Assembly: GCA_963693365.1 (NCBI GenBank)
Contig: CAVNZM010000012.1
Coordinates: forward strand, 7,382,001-7,446,000
DNA: 64,000 bases
From: Amoebidium appalachense
Taxonomy: Eukaryota > Protista > Ichthyosporea
Direction: 5' to 3'
Positions 59,057 through 64,000 of the stretch are shown piece by piece. A model generated the notes under the pieces. That model ran no database searches. It was not told the origin of the DNA and saw only the letters and a list, made by a program, of their open reading frames with translations. The first letter of the stretch is position 1. Each line of letters opens with the position of its first letter. Made by a program: the position numbers and the translations under genes.

Positions 59057-60714
59057 AGGGCGGAGAGAGGAACTGAGCGGAGGGAGGGAAGGGGGTTAGA
59101 ATGTGTTACAGATTACGGTGTGCACATCCATGTCGGATAACGTAACTGAGATTTTGCGACGCGCAAAAACAGTATGCATCATAAGTAGAGCCTAATGCTT
59201 TCCCGGGGGGGAGGGGAGGGGAGAGGGGGCGGGGGAGAGGGTGGGGAGGGGAGTAAGTAGGGAGACAAGGAGAGAAAGGGGGATGCAAGGGGCAGAGACG
59301 AAGAGGTGGGGAAGGGAGAGGGAGGGAAAAAAGGGTGTAGTGAAGCATGGCGGGCATGGGATATGGTGGTGGTGGTTAAGGGGGAGGAGGGGGGTTTTGA
59401 ATGCATCAAAAAGTACGAAGTACACAAGAACAAACGGATAACACGATGCAGAATGCAAGCCATACATAAAGAGTATGCATAATAAGCAGAGCCCATCCTC
59501 AGGGAGGGGCCACGTCATGCACAGTACCCGAGTTCGACCTATTCACCTCGTTAACGAAACCCAACTCAGATACTGTTTCACTTGAACATGGGTAGGTCAC
59601 CCGTCTTGATCAGAGACGAGCAGGGTTGCTTATGCAGGCAAGGGCAGTGGGAAAGGCCGGGGGTTAAAGTTGCAGCAGTAAGCAGAAGCAAGAAAAATAT
59701 AGATAGGAACTCAGGAGACGGGGCTTCTAGGAAGCTCCCCCGTCGCTACCTAAGTCGATACTTCCCTGGCTAACATACTACACCAGCTGAAAAGATTTAA
59801 GTCCCGAAGGCCGCAGAATTCGCAATCAGAGGGGAAAATATGAGATTTGACCCACGCCGCAGGGTAGTAACACGCTTACTAGGGTGGAACTTTAACGTCT
59901 TCGAACGGAAAGCTATGCCCCCGGATGTCAGCCGGAAATATGGTATCACCCATTGCTTTGGGCTTGAAAAAAGCCAAATCGATAGTCCGAGTTATGTTAC
60001 ACCGGCGGGTAACATGCCGCATGGGTTCCAAGGGAGCTGTTGCCAACAGAGCGGTGTGTGTGTGTGTGTGTGTGTGTGGTGGGGGGGGGGGGGGGGGGGG
60101 GGGGGGGAGGGGGGAGGGGGGTGAGAACACAACAGAACACGAAGTATGAAGTGCACACTTTTGACAGATGACAAAGGACACGAGTATGCAAAATAAAGCA
60201 GAACTCATACCCCAGGGGTGCCTGGGGAAACGGGGGGAGGGTGGAGGGAGCCTGGGGAAAGGAGGGGGGGGGGGGGGGGGGGGTGGGGGGGGGGGGGTGG
60301 GTGCAGGACACATGCAAAGGCAAACATTCAAGTATGCAACATCATCCATGAGCACAGTATGCGTCATAAGCAGAGCCCATCCTCAGGGAGGGCCCAAGTC
60401 ATCAATTGCGTCTGAGTTTCGACCCCTTAGCCCGCGTATATACGACTCTCCAACTCAGACAGCAGCATCAACTGAACTTGGGAGGGTCAATCCGTCTTGA
60501 TCAAAGACGAGCAGGGTTGCTTATGCAAGCAAGGTGAGCAAAACGGTGAAGATGTGTGTGAGGGAGGGGGGGGGGGGGGGGGGGAGGGGGGGGGGGGGGG
60601 GGGGGGGGTTGAACCTTGAAGCTTTCACCCTTGTTTACTTGGCGGGAGAAAGTTAGAACGGAGCTGCCATCTGAATTGGACGCTGAAGCGCCCGACACGA
60701 GACTCTGATCCGCC

Positions 60715-60746
<32 letters not shown>

Positions 60747-61271
60747 TGTGTGTGTTATGTAGACAGAAGTAACGGGTGAGCCATCAAACAAACTCAGAGT
60801 TTTCCCGACACGCTACACCAGAATATCCCCCACCTCCTTTCCCCCCCTCCCCCTCCCCCTGCGTGCTCCGGTTCCACCCCAGTTTCTGTCTTCCACATGA
60901 CGCTGACACACGGGGGGGGGGGGGGGGGGGGGGGTCCACAGATAAGGCACGCGCCCCTAAGGCATACAAGTCTCATCAGAGATCATCAGAGATACATTAC
61001 AAGCATCTAACTTAAGTGGTGAGACATATTGTGCAGATTTGTGAGTGCGTGCACTTTTCTCTGTGGGAAAGGGGGGGAAAGGGTAAGGGTGGCGGGGGGA
61101 AGGGGGAGTTGGGAAAAGGGGGAAGGGGGGGCACGTACGGAGACGGTCACACCGGGGCCATAAGTGCCCTTCAGGTCGTACTCAGCTACCCTCCCACTGT
61201 CCACAAACCCAATCACCGCATCCCCTGGCACCATGCCCCCTGTCTTGGAAAACCCTACTGCCAACCTGTGT

Positions 61272-61303
<32 letters not shown>

Positions 61304-61573
61304 ACGTGTGAGTGAGTAAGTGTGTGACGGAGTGTGTGCATGTGTGTGTGGAAGATGGGGCACAGGACAGAGGGGGGGGGGGGGGGGGGGGGGGAGGGGA
61401 GGAGATGTGTTAGAGAGTGGCAATGATGGAAGAAAAGACATCGAAAAAATAATAAATACAAAAAAGACAAAGGCACGAAAGACGAATCAAAAACGTCCAG
61501 ATAACAGAAACTGGAGCAGAAACAATATCAGGAATTTGGTGGGAAGGGAGGGGTGTGTGTGTGTGTGTGGGGA

Positions 61574-61608
<35 letters not shown>

Positions 61609-61968
61609 TGGCTCTACAAGCAAGAAAAATTTCTACTTTGTGGCCTCTCAATCCGCCCTTTCCTCACCAGCATAAGGGGACACAACCGTTTTTTTTTCCG
61701 GGGGGGGGGGGGGGGGGGGGATGAGGGGGGAGGGGGGAGGAGTTGAAAGGGGAGGAGGCGGAAAAGTTGGGGGGGGGGGGGGGGGGGGGGGAGTTAGTTT
61801 CATGCGTCTGACACCTAATAACGTACCATGATTTGATAGCGGGGGTCTTTGTGGCCGTGACGTAAATTCTGTTTCCCTCCAAATACCATGTAATCGACAT
61901 TCCATCTTCGGTGATCGTAGATGTGGCCTTCCCGTTGTGGGTCCCACATGTGACTTCTTGCCCGTTTG
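51465..61968 (-). CDS. Protein with four tandem DOMON domains and a Thr/Pro-rich linker; at least 13 exons, 5' exon(s) unresolved
   Basis: Exons 61968-61827, 61265-61139, 60713-60615, 58976-58378, 57524-57398, 56851-56747, 55907-55612, 55225-55096, 54790-54680, 53863-53580, 52681-52552, 52236-52132, 51584-51465. Four repeats of W-[LVF]A[VI]GF..M...IG, L[TA]F.R and [LI]I[YF]A motifs; many N-x-S/T sequons suggest a secreted protein. Confidence 0.88.
52693..52975. repeat. Degenerate intronic tandem repeat
   Basis: agaatacatca..cagat..gataagaatacgttggaa twice; tgtagggtaggggtgacat-like motif three times. Confidence 0.65.
53324..53426 (-). mobile_element. Diverged truncated copy of the poly(C)-ended retroposon
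   Basis: cgaagtacacata...gagtatgcataataaggagagcccatcctcagggagggcc next to a G run. Confidence 0.75.
56426..56567 (-). mobile_element. Truncated copy of the poly(C)-ended retroposon
   Basis: tttgattgcggaacacggtacgaagtac...gagcccatcctcagggagggcccaagtcatcaattg, with G runs on both sides. Confidence 0.85.
58057..58305 (-). mobile_element. Two truncated copies (58057-58092, 58119-58305) of the second subfamily of the poly(C)-ended retroposon
   Basis: Both begin ttgaatgcg on + after G runs and are truncated at G runs. Confidence 0.8.
59395..59643 (-). mobile_element. Second-subfamily copy retaining the full structured domain
   Basis: ttttgaatgc...gagcccatcctcaggg...cccgtcttgatcagagacgagcagggttgcttatgca. 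Confidence 0.85.
60121..60560 (-). mobile_element. Diverged copy (60121-60218) and first-subfamily copy lacking its 3' end (60301-60560)
   Basis: 60301-60560 matches ~26673-26932; both copies are bounded by G runs. Confidence 0.8.
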
Positions 61969-62067
61969 CTAGGGCAAGAAGGGAGAGTGCGCAGAGCGCG
62001 ATACTGTTTGTTGTACGTGTGTGTGTGTGTGTGCATGTGTGTGTGTGGTGGTGGTGGTGGTGGTGGT

Positions 62068-62100
<33 letters not shown>

Positions 62101-62285
62101 CTGGGGGGGGGTGTGTGTGTGTGTCGTGTGTGCTTGCACGTGACAGCTAGGAAGGGGAGGGGGTGGAGCGAGGTGGGTGGTGGTGGTTTTTTGGGAAGGA
62201 AAGAGTTGGTGTTCGTTTGTCAGCATCGAGGAGTTATGGCAGTATTTGTCCCCCCCCCCCCCCCCCCCCCCGTTCTCCCCTCCCT

Positions 62286-62331
<46 letters not shown>

Positions 62332-64000
62332 ACCCCGTGCTCCCCCCCCGCCCCCCGGACTCGGGGGGGGGGGGGGTCAATTTGGTAGTGTCCCATTAGC
62401 TCCTATTCCCCCCTTTGCCCCTTCCCCGCCCAAGATTTCCTATAGACGGGCTCTAGTTTTACTGTTGCATTCCCTCACTCAGTGCCGGTAATACTTACTG
62501 TGAAGGGGGGAAGGGGGGAAGGGGGCTGGGCTCAAGAAGGGGCTAGGGTGAGATTTTAGGAGGGAAGAAGACTGTGTTGGACTGGAGGGTGTGTGTGTGG
62601 TGGGGGGAGGGGGAGGGGGGGGATTCTGATCTCAGTACATGGCTTGGCGAGGGAGAGGAGCAGGAAGGGAAGGCAGGGGATACTTTTTTTCTTCTCGGGG
62701 GGGGGGGGGGGGGGGGGGGGAGAGGGGAGGGGGATTGCATGCAGGGATGACATGGTGTGTAGGTATGCCTAGTGTGCGCGTGCAGGAATGTGTGTGTGTG
62801 TGGGAAGGAGGGGGGCAGGGGGAGTTGTGTGTGTGTGTGTGAGTGTGTGTGTGTGTGTGCGCACGCACGCGTGTACCGCACCACTCACTCAGGTATGTAA
62901 ATGTGTGTGTGTGTGTTTGTGTGTTTTCTTTGCTTGCCACGGTGATTGTGTGTGTTGTAATGTTTAACAGTGCCATGGGTGACTGTGTGAAGAGAGAGCA
63001 ATTTTTTGTGTGCGCTAGATATGCCAATCACGCATGGAGATAGATCCTTGCGTGCATGCACCATGAAGTTGATTGCCAATGTTTCTGCTCTTCCCTTCTT
63101 TAATTTATTGACATTGAAATTTCATCTTCTCATTCAAACCTGCAACTTGGGGTGCTTTAAAGCAAATTCCAATGTATGTTCGTGTGACAGTGAGTATGTG
63201 TTCTGAGATTCAATTTGTCTGTGTATGTGCTGTTCGATTCCGGTTATTGTGCACACGTGGCTGTCTGTAAATTCGTACTTCTTTTTTCCCCTTAAAACTG
63301 TGTATGTGAGGCTGAACAGCGGTATGATTTGACATAGACCGATTTCTAAGGTTCCGATTTGAATTGCAAGCGCAGAAAGGCAGTCATTATGTTTGTAGCA
63401 AACACAAGTTGATGAACATGATTTGTTTTCACGTCACCGAAGCCGTTTCTTTACCGTCTCCGCAAGGTGCAAAAAAAATTAAAAAATAGAACATCTTGCA
63501 CAATAGAGTGAAACAACCCAAACACAAGCAGTTCGGTACTCACCTTTGCCTAATCATGATGCTGAAGAATGGCTTGCCTGTTGCAACGGGAGGAGAAAAG
63601 AAGACGAAGGAAATTATTATACAGAAAGGAGAGTTGTGTGTTTATGTTTTAACCCTTGGGACTAGGTACAACTGCAGAGTTAGTTACTCAGTTAAAATAC
63701 TATAAGCGTGTTTGTAGGTCTACTCTGCAGACGCACTCTCTATATTCCAATCCATTCAAGGAATACAACCCAGACTCAACCCAGTTGGTGAAAAACACTG
63801 CCTCAGCTAAGCGCGCTACTGAATATTCGGTGTGTTGGGGTGGGTGCCACCAAGATTCTAAAAGAAAGGAAAATGAACCGCATGCATGTAAATAAAGGGG
63901 AGGACCACTATCTCCTTTCGTTATGAGGTCGCCTTTGGCAGAATCATATTTGCATGCGGGCAGGGCCGCAGGGGCCGGGGAACCATGGCCAGTTGAGTGA

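Overview
Repeat-rich, intron-rich eukaryotic DNA. Two LTR primer sites match animal-type tRNA-iMet, so a unicellular holozoan such as an ichthyosporean is plausible, but this is inference only. Most entries in the supplied ORF track are translations of microsatellites and poly-G/C tracts, so I assembled the genes by hand from GT-AG exons. Left ~19 kb: a cargo-like island with a 7-exon JmjN/JmjC KDM4-type demethylase carrying an unrecognised N-terminal domain, small intronless ORFs (a Cys-rich membrane protein, a double C3H zinc-finger protein, a coiled-coil protein), minisatellites and two young non-autonomous LTR elements. The island ends in a ~420-bp GC-rich palindrome centred on CAGT-C-ACTG. 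19-23 kb: TE debris (LINE fragment, a third LTR element, a Helitron-like 3' end). 24.0-40.8 kb (-): an 18-exon ARP8 that carries an in-frame tandem CWCH2 (GLI/ZIC/AEBP2-type) C2H2 zinc-finger pair. 41.8-46.9 kb (-): an intact two-ORF APE-RT LINE with a 10-bp TSD and an empty-site copy next to it. 49.4-49.9 kb (-): Mug135-C-like protein. 51.5-62.0 kb (-): a gene for four tandem DOMON domains. The ARP8 and DOMON introns hold about 11 same-orientation, 5'-truncated copies of a retroposon that ends in poly(C) and carries a covarying multi-stem RNA structure. Many introns have poly(C) just after the donor and (CA)nCAG acceptors. Homopolymer lengths may be unreliable, and no database searches were run.
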